Positions 17,761 through 27,920 of a stretch of 30,753 bases of DNA are shown in pieces. Positions within the stretch are counted from its first letter, which is position 1. Each line of letters opens with the position of its first letter. Below the pieces are notes generated by a model, which was given only the letters and a program-made list of their open reading frames with translations, was not told the DNA's origin and searched no databases. Both the position numbers and the translations under genes were made by a program. The DNA is from Thermoplasmata archaeon. GTDB lineage: Archaea > Thermoplasmatota > E2 > DHVEG-1. The stretch spans positions 1-30,753 of the forward strand of contig DAOWFO010000019.1 of the NCBI GenBank assembly GCA_030637965.1, in the 5' to 3' direction.

Positions 17761-18696
17761 CTATAAGAGAACATCTATATCTAGTTTATCGACAATCTCT
17801 TTATATCGATTTCGAATAGTAACTTCAGTAACTCCTGCTACATCTGCTACTTCTCGCTGTGTTCTTCGTTCTCCACAAAGAACTGATGCAATATAGAGAG
17901 TTGCTGCTGCCATACCTGTTGGACCTCTTCCACTAGTAAGTTCTCGATTTGCAGCTTCATGCAATATCTCCAAGGTCTTTGCTTTTACATCAGCACTTAA
18001 TTTTAAAACACTACAGAATCTTGAAATATAATCCTGTGGGGAAGTAGGCATTAATTTTAATTCTAATTCACGTGAGATATATCTATAGGTTCTTCCGATC
18101 TCCTTTCTAGATATATGTGCGGTGTTACTTATTTCATCAAGTGTTCTAGGTACATTGCATTGCCTGCATGCAGCATACAAAGAAGCGGCTGCAACACCTT
18201 CGATGCTTCTACCACGGATTAATTTCTTCAATACTGCTTTTCTATAAATCATTGCAGCAGTTTCTCTAACTGTTCTTGGAAGACCCAAACTTGATGAGAG
18301 TCTATCAAGGCCTGATAGAGCAAGTGCCAAGTTTCTCTCTGTAGCATCACTTATTCTAACTCTTCTTTGCCATTTCCTTAAACGATAAAGCTGAGCTCTA
18401 TTTCTAGTTGGTATTGATTTACCATAAGAATCGCGATTTTTCCAACTAATCATAGTACTAAGACCTTTATCATGAATAGTATATGTCATTGGTGCTCCAA
18501 CACGTGCTCTTTTCTCACGTTGATCACTATCAAACGCACGCCATTCAGGACCATGATCGATAAAAGCCTCATCAATAACTAGTCCGCAGTCTTCACATAC
18601 CAATTCTGCTCTCGAATAATCCTTCGTTAAATGTGTACTCCTACACTCAGGGCAATTAATTGTTTCTTCAATTTTCTGTTTTTCTTTTTTAGCCAA
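17761..18696 (-). CDS. tfb: Transcription initiation factor IIB (TFB)
   Basis: Zn ribbon CPEC/CEDC, B-reader GPEWRAF, two cyclin repeats, [11 protein letters not shown]. Apparent TTG start. Confidence 0.97.
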   Translation of the reverse strand: MAKKEKQKIEETINCPECRSTHLTKDYSRAELVCEDCGLVIDEAFIDHGPEWRAFDSDQREKRARVGAPMTYTIHDKGLSTMISWKNRDSYGKSIPTRNRAQLYRLRKWQRRVRISDATERNLALALSGLDRLSSSLGLPRTVRETAAMIYRKAVLKKLIRGRSIEGVAAASLYAACRQCNVPRTLDEISNTAHISRKEIGRTYRYISRELELKLMPTSPQDYISRFCSVLKLSADVKAKTLEILHEAANRELTSGRGPTGMAAATLYIASVLCGERRTQREVADVAGVTEVTIRNRYKEIVDKLDIDVLL

Positions 18697-18854
18697 AATA
18701 TATCAAATCCATTAATAACTTACTAATTTATCAGATATGTTGGATAAATATCCCTATGCCAAGTAATTAGCATTAACACATTAATAATGTTATTTATACA
18801 ATATTGCTTTAATAGAAAAATTAATTATTACTTACCAAGAAATTAGTAAAAAAA

Positions 18855-19454
18855 TTAATTTTTAATTGCCTTTATTGAATAAATCCATTTATTTTTTCCC
18901 ATAAAATTAACCAACTTAATTGTGAAACTTAATTCATTTAATATTTCTAGAATTTTTTCTGACGGTATATGATATGTTTTTCCAAGGGTAAATTCTTCAA
19001 TTCTTGTATAAATTTTTGTCATAAACGTCATAGGATAATGTAGATCTATTATGAAAAAAGTTCCATTCTTTTTCAAAATTCGAGATATCTCCTGAAATAA
19101 TAACTTATGATTTTTTTCATGAATATGATGTAAAACATTGATTAATAATACAATACTAATTGATTCATTCTTAAAAGGAAGAAATGTACCATCTCCTTGA
19201 ATTTTAAATATGTTTTTATTTTTTAATTGTTGTAGCATATTTTTTGAAGTGTCTATATTAATGGTCATAAATGCTTCTTTATAAATCTCTTGCAAAATAA
19301 AACCAGTACCGCCGCCAATATCAAGAATAATGTCTGATTCATTAAAAACTAAATTCTTCCTTATAACTAATAAAGCTCTTTCGTAATCTCTAATATAATG
19401 CTTTTCTGCAAAATCATAGAATTTCGAAATAGTATATCGTGTAAATTTTGACAT
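18855..19454 (-). CDS. Class I SAM-dependent methyltransferase (UbiE/Methyltransf_11-like)
   Basis: ILDIGGGTG, QGDGTFLPF, VLHHI, RILKKNG motifs. Confidence 0.85.
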   Translation of the reverse strand: MSKFTRYTISKFYDFAEKHYIRDYERALLVIRKNLVFNESDIILDIGGGTGFILQEIYKEAFMTINIDTSKNMLQQLKNKNIFKIQGDGTFLPFKNESISIVLLINVLHHIHEKNHKLLFQEISRILKKNGTFFIIDLHYPMTFMTKIYTRIEEFTLGKTYHIPSEKILEILNELSFTIKLVNFMGKNKWIYSIKAIKN

Positions 19455-19642
19455 GAGTTCAACCGTTTCCTATCATTATAACATTTATAGAAGTTTACTC
19501 AAAACTTTTGATAAGTTATTAAACAATTATTAATATTCAACAAAAGAAGTTTAGTTTTATTGTTTTGAAAAAGAAAAATAAGGATAATCTTAAATATAAT
19601 ATCAACATTTGCATGTTAAATATCATAAGGGAATAAATATAT

Positions 19643-19810
19643 ATGTATCGAGAAAATAGAAACAGAGGATTTGATAGAGGGCCTCGAGAAATGCACGAAG
19701 TAACTTGTGCAGATTGTGGAAAACAAACTGAAGTTCCTTTCAAACCAGATGGTACAAGACCAGTCTATTGTAGGGATTGCTTTCAGAAACATAAACCAAA
19801 AAGATTTTAG
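19643..19810 (+). CDS. CxxC-x17-CxxC zinc-binding small protein (55 aa; missing from ORF track)
   Basis: MYRENRNRGFDRGPREMHEVTCADCGKQTEVPFKPDGTRPVYCRDCFQKHKPKRF; exact 17-residue spacer and PFKP...RPVYC signature. Confidence 0.9.
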   Translation: MYRENRNRGFDRGPREMHEVTCADCGKQTEVPFKPDGTRPVYCRDCFQKHKPKRF

Positions 19811-19934
19811 TAAAAAAATGAAATTTGTATAAATATTATTATTTTTACAAAAAATCTTTCTCACTATTTTTTTGGGAGATTGTAATTTAGGAAAGTAAAA
19901 GTGATATCTACATTCCCATATCAAAAATATAATT

Positions 19935-19968
19935 GAGAGAGAAATTATAATTCTCTTTCTCTTTTTTT
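19935..19968 (+). terminator. Hairpin plus T-tract, terminator-like
   Basis: GAGAGAGAA/TTCTCTTTC 9-bp stem (1 G.U) followed by TCTTTTTTT, in a convergent intergenic gap. Confidence 0.35.
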
Positions 19969-20097
19969 GATAAGTGTTTTAAAATGATAGTATTATGTGG
20001 TTTTAGGAGTGGGCAATAAGATAATGAATAAAGTTTCAAACAATAAAGAAGCATATAGAATAGTAAACAAATTAATACTATCTGATAAAGATAGTGA

Positions 20098-20556
20098 TTA
20101 TTCAAACATTAGTTTCGCTTGTTTAGGACTATATTTCCAATCTTTTGGAAGTTTTTGTATGGATTTGTAATATTTTGTAATACGTCGGATCTTGGATTCG
20201 GTATTTTGTAGGTGTCTTTTATTTGATAAATCTTTTCTATGAGTACCAATGTGCTCTCTGAGTTGTAAGGCTTTACTAATAAGATTTTTCAAATCCTCAG
20301 GGATTTCTGATTGCATCTTGTTTTCTTCAAGTATCATTGCAATTCTTTTACCTGTAGCTATTTTTACATCCGGAACGGCAAATTGATCTCTCAATATCAT
20401 ACCAATCTCACTTGTAGATTTACCCTCTTTTGCTAATTCTATAACATGAGATTCTATTTCACGAGGTTTAAGTGAACTCCAATCAGGGTGTTTTTCTCTA
20501 CCAACAAAGTGCGTAGATCCTGACTTTCCTTTTCTTCTTGCATGCATTCGCGCCAT
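20098..20556 (-). CDS. rps15: 30S ribosomal protein S15 (uS15, S13e-like)
   Basis: MARMHARRKGKSGS...PEDL..LI.KA..LR.H...H.KD...ESKIRR...YYK...LP..WKY. Start ATG 20556. Confidence 0.97.
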   Translation of the reverse strand: MARMHARRKGKSGSTHFVGREKHPDWSSLKPREIESHVIELAKEGKSTSEIGMILRDQFAVPDVKIATGKRIAMILEENKMQSEIPEDLKNLISKALQLREHIGTHRKDLSNKRHLQNTESKIRRITKYYKSIQKLPKDWKYSPKQAKLMFE

Positions 20557-20782
20557 TACAATAAACTCCAAGATACTTGTTTGTAAAGATAAATTCCGAA
20601 TAAAGTTTTAATATATATAACTTAGGATGTCTTAACCTTTAAAATTATATGATTAAAATTGTCAATTATTAAAAGTAATAAAAGCAATTATAATAATTCT
20701 ACATTTGATTGGATGTTTGTAAAAGGGAAGTTGAAATTATAAATAAATGAAATATAGAATTAATAATTTTGAAGTGTTGTTT

Positions 20783-21214
20783 TTATTGTACAATAACAAA
20801 GGTTCCTAGTACATATCCATGTAATGTAGCAGTAACTTCATCTGCATTATTAGCCCAAGTATTAACTATGATTTCAACCTTTCCAAATCCTAATAAAATT
20901 CCACCTTCGCTTGATTTCTCTGTTTTTATTAAACCAGGTTCTATAGTAGTACCACAATTAGTGCAACCACTACATTCATGATATATATGGATTTTATTAA
21001 ATATTCCACCCTGAACAAAAATGGATATTGCTACATCTTCTGCTGTTACTTCGCCAACATTTTTTACATCAACTTCTACTGAAAAAATACCTCCTCTAAC
21101 ATCATTTATTTCAAGTTCAGTCTGCGATGCGGATTTACCTATAACGATTGACGTAGATATTAATAACAATAATACTACAATTATTCCAGTTAACTTCAAA
21201 ATTTTTATTTTCAT
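20783..21214 (-). CDS. Small secreted Ig/CARDB-like protein with CxxCxxC insert
   Basis: Signal-peptide-like N-terminus; LEI..V.GG...V.V.VKNVG...A.DV...GG...LGFG...G.VLG.FV beta-rich pattern; HECSGCTNC. Confidence 0.7.
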   Translation of the reverse strand: MKIKILKLTGIIVVLLLLISTSIVIGKSASQTELEINDVRGGIFSVEVDVKNVGEVTAEDVAISIFVQGGIFNKIHIYHECSGCTNCGTTIEPGLIKTEKSSEGGILLGFGKVEIIVNTWANNADEVTATLHGYVLGTFVIVQ

Positions 21215-21363
21215 ATTTTTGCCCCTTTTTATTTTTTTCGGTTGTTAATAATAATATATAGTATATAAATAGATTCCGTTTTAAAAAATCGATAACCTAA
21301 ACGATTAAAGCATAATATTAAGGATAAACCTATTTTAATATTGTTACATCAATCGGATTTTAT

Positions 21364-22032
21364 CTATAAAATAATTAGAAATATAATAATATCGATTCCA
21401 ATAAGTAATCCCCATAATTCTTTTTTCCATCTGAAGATCTTTAATCCATCAAAAGGACCAAAAGGTAGAAGATTAAATAGAGAAAGGAATACGTTGATAT
21501 AAGATATAAAAAAAGATATAGAAGAAATGATGCCATCACTAAAAAACCATATGATTAAAAATATCAAACATAATACCAGATTTGCTGATGGACCTGCCAC
21601 AGCAATCTTTCCCATTTCATCTCTGTTGGGTGTTCCAAATATCTGAACTGCACCAGGAGCTGCAAACACAATTCCAGCTATAACACCTAAAAAGAGGGCA
21701 AATAAAAGTCCTTGCGGATACATTCTAAATTCTGACCAGTACCCGAATTTTTGTCCTACATATTTATGAGCAATTTCATGACATAAAAATGCTGTTACGA
21801 TAGCAAGAAAAGAAAGAGGTAAAAATCCAATGACCTCATTAATGTGACTTAATGGTGGATATTGCGCGAAAGCAAATGAAAATGCTATTGTTAGAATCGT
21901 CATAGCTATAAGGATATGTATTATCTCTTGTTTACTGAATTTGATTCCTGACGGTTGAATAACACCATTATAGTGATCTTTATCTTTAAAGGGCACATCG
22001 TGGAATGAGTAGTATGTTTTTCTGCCATTCAT
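21364..22032 (-). CDS. Site-2 protease (M50) family membrane metalloprotease
   Basis: HEIAH, AGPSAN, NLLPFGPFDG; multiple TM segments. Confidence 0.92.
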   Translation of the reverse strand: MNGRKTYYSFHDVPFKDKDHYNGVIQPSGIKFSKQEIIHILIAMTILTIAFSFAFAQYPPLSHINEVIGFLPLSFLAIVTAFLCHEIAHKYVGQKFGYWSEFRMYPQGLLFALFLGVIAGIVFAAPGAVQIFGTPNRDEMGKIAVAGPSANLVLCLIFLIIWFFSDGIISSISFFISYINVFLSLFNLLPFGPFDGLKIFRWKKELWGLLIGIDIIIFLIIL

Positions 22033-22296
22033 AATAAATCATAATATGTAATATTTCATTATTTTTCAACTTTTTTAATCAATAAATCTAATAACCTATA
22101 TTCAACTTTATAAATCATAAAATATATTCATTATCAAGATACAATTATGTTCTTTTCATCATTCTAATCATAATACAATACTCTTTTAACAGTTATATAT
22201 GGGCATTACCCTAATTTTATAATTGAAATTTTTTTGTAAGAAAAGAGATTATAAAGTAAATATTGTTTTTAATTTGTAAATATGAGGTGAAACTAC

Positions 22297-22614
22297 ATGG
22301 TTAATTGTAAAAAATGCGGAAGAGAGTTGTCTAAAAATGCTAATTATTGTTCATATTGTGGAATTTCTATAAAAGAGGTAAAAACTGAGGAATATAATGT
22401 ATCCTCAGATGATCTCGTAAAAACAGTGAAGAAACTAATTCATGAGGGAAATGTAAGAAGGATTATTATAAAAGATGAAAAAGGAAAAAATCTATTAGAC
22501 ATGCCAGTAACAATTGGTGTTGTAGGAGCAATTATTGCGCCATGGTTGGCAGCTCTTGGAATTATTGGGGCGTTAGCAACAAATTGTAAAATTGTTGTTG
22601 AAAAGAAAAAATAA
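22297..22614 (+). CDS. Zinc-ribbon plus DUF4342 protein
   Basis: CKKCG...CSYCG; VKKLIHEGNVRRIII...P.TIGVVG...APWLAALG; GAGGTGA SD. Confidence 0.8.
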   Translation: MVNCKKCGRELSKNANYCSYCGISIKEVKTEEYNVSSDDLVKTVKKLIHEGNVRRIIIKDEKGKNLLDMPVTIGVVGAIIAPWLAALGIIGALATNCKIVVEKKK

Positions 22615-22738
22615 CAAATTTAAACTATCTTTCTAAACTTGAGAATTTAAAGTTGGGTAATAAGATAAATTAAAAGTTAATAAATATTAATAACTTATGT
22701 TTACAAATTCATAGGATGTCGATATTTATGTTTTCTAA

Positions 22739-23851
22739 TTATTTTGTCTTTTTAAATCTCGCCCCCAGTTTTTTCATAATTTTTGGAAGTGTTGTATACT
22801 CCATGTCAGCCATTGGTAAACGGTGGGGTTCAAAGGGACCGTGTCTCCTCATATAATCAGTAATATATTGGGCTTCTTCTCTTGTACGATCGAATGCAGG
22901 ATCGTCAAATAGATCTACAGGATCTGTCAATTTTCCATTTTTTAGTTGAAACCCAAGTGCTGTAACTCTTGGTGGGCCATCAAATCTCGTACATTGCGCA
23001 TCTTTTACTGATACTGGCATAAGAGGACCATTATGAGATCCCCTCATCCATCCTGATACGAGATGCCCCAATGAAAAACCTTCTAGAACTTCGCCAACAG
23101 CTGGAAGTCCTGATTGCGCCCTTACAACACCGGCTGGGTCATCCTTACCAACATACTCTCCAGCAATTTGATAGAGTTTTTCAGTTGAAATTACAGATAC
23201 AGGCTCATTTGAATCTAACTTAGAACTCTTCTTTGGATAAACTCGTTTTACAACAAATCTAGATTTTGCTCCTATCAATGCTAAAAGATCGTACATCTCC
23301 TCAGGCGTTTCTAAGTAAACTTGTTTATGTTCTTGAATATCCCATACTTCAAAAACAAATCCATCATGAATAGAAGGATCAATAATTAAACCTGCAGTAT
23401 TGAAAGGATCTGCAAAAATCTTGAAAATTGGAAAATTGAAAGCACCTGGTTCTGTTTTGTCCATCATGAATGCAAGTATAGGTTCGGCCTTTCTTTCGGT
23501 AAATTCCATCTCAGCGACACCTGGGCCCATACCCTTCACATTACCAGAAAACGCATCTGAAAGTAAATCTTGACCTGCTCCATATAAGCCCAAATCGCGT
23601 GCTTTCTCTGTTGCCTCACAAAAAGTATCCCATGCAAGACGATGAATCTCCTTACTATCAGTACCGTTGGTATGGGTCATAATAAGTTCCAAATCATCCC
23701 CACAATGTGTCACATGGAAGTCCTTTAACAAATTGGATCTTTTTGCATCTACAAGTTTTTTATAAGCAATTTTTTCAAGATCTGGATGAACCAGTGCATG
23801 TCCTGGCCAACCTCCGACATCTGCTTTAATAATACTAAATGTAGTTTTCAT
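22739..23851 (-). CDS. fbp: Bifunctional fructose-1,6-bisphosphate aldolase/phosphatase (class V)
   Basis: IKADVGG, HCGDD, YGAGQDLL, NVKGMGPG, DKTEPGAFN, YVGKDDP, GWMRGSH, RHGPFEP. GGAGG precedes ATG 23851. Confidence 0.96.
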   Translation of the reverse strand: MKTTFSIIKADVGGWPGHALVHPDLEKIAYKKLVDAKRSNLLKDFHVTHCGDDLELIMTHTNGTDSKEIHRLAWDTFCEATEKARDLGLYGAGQDLLSDAFSGNVKGMGPGVAEMEFTERKAEPILAFMMDKTEPGAFNFPIFKIFADPFNTAGLIIDPSIHDGFVFEVWDIQEHKQVYLETPEEMYDLLALIGAKSRFVVKRVYPKKSSKLDSNEPVSVISTEKLYQIAGEYVGKDDPAGVVRAQSGLPAVGEVLEGFSLGHLVSGWMRGSHNGPLMPVSVKDAQCTRFDGPPRVTALGFQLKNGKLTDPVDLFDDPAFDRTREEAQYITDYMRRHGPFEPHRLPMADMEYTTLPKIMKKLGARFKKTK

Positions 23852-23968
23852 CTGAGGCCTCCATCCCATCGTATATGTAAGCTATTTATAAATAATTTGG
23901 AAAAAAATAATCCAACTTAGAAAAGTATATATTTTTATCCATATTCTATATAAACCGATGTGCGAAGA

Positions 23969-25468
23969 ATGACTCTAAATATTTACAACACACTATCTAG
24001 AAAAAAAGAGGTTTTTATCCCTGTAGAGAAAAATAATGTAAAAATGTATGTTTGTGGCATGACCGTATATAGCGATGCTCATATCGGTCATGCGCGCACA
24101 TATTTTGCCTTTGATGTAATTAGGCGTTATTTTGAATATAAAGGATTTGAAGTAAAGTATGTTCAAAACATAACAGATGTTGATGATAAAATAATCATGG
24201 CTGCAAATAAAGAGGGTATTGACGCGTTGGAATACTCTCGCAGTTTTGCAGATCGATGTTTTGGAGATCTAGATAAACTAGGAATAAGAAGAGCTAATCT
24301 ATATCCCAAAGCCTCTGAAACAATTCCAGATATGATAGAAATGATTCAGAAGATTATAGAAAATGGATATGGTTATGAATCTGAAGGAGATGTTTATTTT
24401 TCTGTTGAAAAATTTGAAGATTATGGAAAATTATCAGGGCAAAAGCTTGATGATTTAAAAAGTGGTTCGCGTATCCAGCCTGGTGAAAAAAAACATAGTC
24501 CGCTTGATTTTGCATTGTGGAAAAAAGCAAAACCTAGCGAACCATCATGGAACTCTCCATGGGGAAATGGAAGACCAGGTTGGCATATCGAATGCTCTGC
24601 GATGAGTAGCAAATATCTAGGATTACCTTTTGATATTCATGGCGGTGGAATGGATCTTCGTTTTCCACATCATGAAAACGAGATTGCCCAGACTGAAGCA
24701 GCTACCGGAAAAACATTTGCAAAGTACTGGATGAATATAGGTCTTCTTACTGTTGATGGAGAAAAGATGTCAAAATCTCTTGGGAATATAATCAACATAA
24801 AGGATCTTCTCAAAACTTGGAATCCTGAGATCATTCGCTTTTTCTTTGCCCAAGCTCATTACCGCAGTCCGCCAGATTTCAGCGAAAAAGGTCTAAAAAA
24901 TGCTGAAAAGGGACTTAGTAGAATTCATAGACTGAGAGAAAAACTGGAAAGTTTTTCAGAAGGTAATTCTTCTAATATAGAAAAAGAGAATTTTGAAAGA
25001 GAAGAAAGTATATATTATGAGGTAGTGCAAAGTTTTAAAGAACAATTTGAACAAGCTATGGACGACGATATTAACACACCAGAAGCTGTTGCTATTCTTT
25101 TTGATTTTGTTAATAAAAGCAACAAATATCTAGAAAATAACCCTAAACCAAATGAAAAACTCTGTAAATATGCACTTGATATAATAATTAAACTAGGGAG
25201 CGTTTTAACCCTATTCCAACCAAAAACTATATCAGCTGATTTAGAAGATGAAAGTCTATCAAATAAACTTCAAGAAATTATTTTAAAATATGGTGGAAAT
25301 ACTGAGAGAAAAAGTATTAATAAATTACTTGACATAATTCTAGAAATAAGAAATGAGTCTCGCAAAAGGAAAGATTGGAAAATTTCGGATGATATCAGAA
25401 AAGAATTAGAAGTTATTGGCTTTGAAATACAGGACACAATTGATGGTTCAGTATGGAGAAAAAAATAG
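23969..25468 (+). CDS. cysS: Cysteinyl-tRNA synthetase (class I)
   Basis: YVCG, HIGH, NITDVDDK, DFALWK, GRPGWHIECS, HHENE, KMSKS. Confidence 0.97.
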   Translation: MTLNIYNTLSRKKEVFIPVEKNNVKMYVCGMTVYSDAHIGHARTYFAFDVIRRYFEYKGFEVKYVQNITDVDDKIIMAANKEGIDALEYSRSFADRCFGDLDKLGIRRANLYPKASETIPDMIEMIQKIIENGYGYESEGDVYFSVEKFEDYGKLSGQKLDDLKSGSRIQPGEKKHSPLDFALWKKAKPSEPSWNSPWGNGRPGWHIECSAMSSKYLGLPFDIHGGGMDLRFPHHENEIAQTEAATGKTFAKYWMNIGLLTVDGEKMSKSLGNIINIKDLLKTWNPEIIRFFFAQAHYRSPPDFSEKGLKNAEKGLSRIHRLREKLESFSEGNSSNIEKENFEREESIYYEVVQSFKEQFEQAMDDDINTPEAVAILFDFVNKSNKYLENNPKPNEKLCKYALDIIIKLGSVLTLFQPKTISADLEDESLSNKLQEIILKYGGNTERKSINKLLDIILEIRNESRKRKDWKISDDIRKELEVIGFEIQDTIDGSVWRKK

Positions 25469-25472
25469 ATTT

Positions 25473-25871
25473 ATGAACAAAATTCTGGTAGGAATTGATG
25501 GATCTGAACATGCACTTAACAAAGCTATGACTCTTATTTCAGAATATGGCGAACTTATTCTACTTGCTGTTGTTCCAAGCCCCTCTGATAAAACTTTTGT
25601 GGATGATGAAATATATAAAAAACTAAAGAAAAAAGCCGATCATATGATTAAAGACATAATCGAGGATATCGGAGTTCATGACTATACAATTACAGGAACA
25701 GTTGAAGTTGGTGATGCTGCTGCAAAAATTATTGACATTGCTAATAACCTAAATGTTGATTTAATAATGCTAGGAAGCAAGGGATCAAGCGAACTAGAAC
25801 AGTTCCCTTTAGGTAGTAATGCAAATAAAGTTGTACAATATGCACATAAACCTGTTATGATAGTAAGATAA
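25473..25871 (+). CDS. Universal stress protein (UspA family)
   Basis: KILVGIDGSE, GDAAAKII, DLIMLGSKG...LGSNANKVV; start refined to ATG 25473. Confidence 0.93.
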   Translation: MNKILVGIDGSEHALNKAMTLISEYGELILLAVVPSPSDKTFVDDEIYKKLKKKADHMIKDIIEDIGVHDYTITGTVEVGDAAAKIIDIANNLNVDLIMLGSKGSSELEQFPLGSNANKVVQYAHKPVMIVR

Positions 25872-25886
25872 AAATCTTAACAGATT

Positions 25887-26474
25887 TTATTTTCCTCGAC
25901 CTTCTTTGGCTCGTATACTAGGTCTTATTTTCTCAGCACCCCTGCCCTTATGATAGAGGCCTCTACCTTTCCTACCTGCACTGGTTTTACCACGTAAAAC
26001 TCTTCTCGTATTAGAAGGATTGCAAATCCAATTTATCTTTGTATCTTTCACTATAGAAGGATGAAAAGGATCCACAAGTATGATCTCATAATAATGATTT
26101 TTACCGTCTTCTCCAATCCAATAAGAGTTCAAAACCTCCATGTTGGGAAATTTTTTAGAAGTACGTTCCTCAGCTATTCTTTGCGTACTCTTTGCAGCTG
26201 TAATTTTTTTAATACCTTTAGCTGCTGGTTTTCTTCCAGATCTTATATGCGGCTTCCTTAAACTACCTCTTCTTACCCTTGCACGAACAACAATATATCC
26301 CTGTTTTGCCTTATATCCCAAGGACCGAGCTCGATCTATCCTTAATGGTTTTTCGACTCTAGAAAAATTTTCTTCTTTTCTCCATTGAATAAGACGTTGT
26401 TGTTGCGGTGATTTAAATGAAGTATCAGGTTTTTTCCATTGTTCTCTAACGTAATCATATAAACTTTTTACCAT
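25887..26474 (-). CDS. rpl15e: 50S ribosomal protein L15e
   Basis: Y.YVRE.WKKP, RIDRARSLGYKAKQG, AEER, EVLNSYWIGEDG, GKTSAGRKGRGL. Start ATG 26474. Confidence 0.97.
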   Translation of the reverse strand: MVKSLYDYVREQWKKPDTSFKSPQQQRLIQWRKEENFSRVEKPLRIDRARSLGYKAKQGYIVVRARVRRGSLRKPHIRSGRKPAAKGIKKITAAKSTQRIAEERTSKKFPNMEVLNSYWIGEDGKNHYYEIILVDPFHPSIVKDTKINWICNPSNTRRVLRGKTSAGRKGRGLYHKGRGAEKIRPSIRAKEGRGK

Positions 26475-26609
26475 AATTTTTACACTAGTCCTTAGATTTG
26501 GTGGAGGCATATGAAGGTAATTCTTTATTTAAAACTTTTGTCATCAAATATTGCTTTTATTACACCAGATTTAATAATGATAATTCTATTTCCGTCTTGG
26601 AGAATCTAA

Positions 26610-27920
26610 ATGGACAAGCCCTTTAATAAAAAAATTGAAACAATGCCACGAAAAGATTTAAAAGAAATACAATTAAAAAATTTAAAAAAGACTGTGAAAA
26701 ATGTAAACGATAATGTCCCGTTTTATAATAAGAAATTCAAGGAATTTAAGATAACACCAGATGATATTAAAACCTTAGATGATATTCGAAAGCTTCCACT
26801 TACAACTAAGAATGATCTTAGAGATAATGCTCCTTTTGGAATGATGGCTACATCCTTAGAAAATTGTAACGAACTTCATGCATCATCTGGAACTACAGGT
26901 ATTCCTATAACAACCTGCTATACTCAAAATGATATAGATGTCTGGTCAGAAGTTATGGCCAGATGTCTGTCCATGTCAGGTCTTACTAAAAAAGATATAT
27001 TTCAGAATCCTATTCCATATGGAACGTTCACCGGTGCTTTTGGATTTCATTATGGAGCACAAAAGGTAGGTGCACTTGTTATACCTACAGGGAAAGGACA
27101 GTCAGAAAGACAGCTAAAACTTATGGATTATTATGGAACCACGTTTATTTCAGGTGTTGCATCCTATGCAATGCGGCTATCTCAGGTTGCACAGGATATG
27201 GATATCAATTTGAAAAAACTAAAAGTCCGAAATGGTCTTTTTGGGGCTGAAATGTTCACCCCTGGTTTAAAAAAGCGAATAATGGATGCTTGGAACATGG
27301 ATGTCCACGATATTTATGGACTTACAGAAATGTGTGGTCCAGGAGTTTCAACAGATTGTGATCAACACGATGGTCTTCATTTATGGGAGGATCATTTCTT
27401 AATTGAATGTTTAGATCCGAAAACGTTGGAAAGTGTAGAACTTGAAGAAGAAGGTGAAATTGTTCTTACAACACTTACAAAAGAGGGGATGCCTCTTTTA
27501 CGTTATAGAACTAGAGATATTGCAAAAATCTATGATCAAGTGGTATGTGAGTGTGGTAGGACCCATGTTAAACATACAACCATCAAAGGGCGAAGTGATG
27601 ATATGTTGATTATACGTGGAACAAACATCTATCCTGGTCAAATTGAATCTGTTTTAATGAAAAACCAAGAGGTTGGAGGAAATTGGAGAATGATACTAAC
27701 TACTGAAAATAATGTTGACGTGCTAAAAGTAGAAGTAGAAAGTAAAACCATAATGAGTCAGGTTGAATCTATGAACCTTGAGGAAAGTTTAAAAAATAAT
27801 ATAAAATCAGTCATTGTATTCACTCCAAGGATAGAAATTTTACCTCCAAAAGGCATTCCTAAAACAGGTTTAAAGGCTAAACGTGTTATTGATGAAAGAA
27901 AAAGGAATGAAGATGAATAA
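26610..27920 (+). CDS. Phenylacetate-CoA ligase (PaaK)-family AMP-forming acyl-CoA ligase
   Basis: SSGTTG, DIYGLTEMCGPG, HLWEDHF, LRYRTRDI, GRSDDM..IRGTN..P.QIE. Confidence 0.9.
   Translation: MDKPFNKKIETMPRKDLKEIQLKNLKKTVKNVNDNVPFYNKKFKEFKITPDDIKTLDDIRKLPLTTKNDLRDNAPFGMMATSLENCNELHASSGTTGIPITTCYTQNDIDVWSEVMARCLSMSGLTKKDIFQNPIPYGTFTGAFGFHYGAQKVGALVIPTGKGQSERQLKLMDYYGTTFISGVASYAMRLSQVAQDMDINLKKLKVRNGLFGAEMFTPGLKKRIMDAWNMDVHDIYGLTEMCGPGVSTDCDQHDGLHLWEDHFLIECLDPKTLESVELEEEGEIVLTTLTKEGMPLLRYRTRDIAKIYDQVVCECGRTHVKHTTIKGRSDDMLIIRGTNIYPGQIESVLMKNQEVGGNWRMILTTENNVDVLKVEVESKTIMSQVESMNLEESLKNNIKSVIVFTPRIEILPPKGIPKTGLKAKRVIDERKRNEDE

Noticed and set aside
15995-20097. Integrated mobile element or CRISPR array
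   Set aside because: No integrase or transposase, terminal repeats, flanking tRNA or regularly spaced direct repeats; the cargo includes a core tfb.
20024-20170. SD-led + strand ORF (MNKVSNNKEAY...)
   Set aside because: Overlaps the rps15 3' end in antisense and has no recognisable motif.
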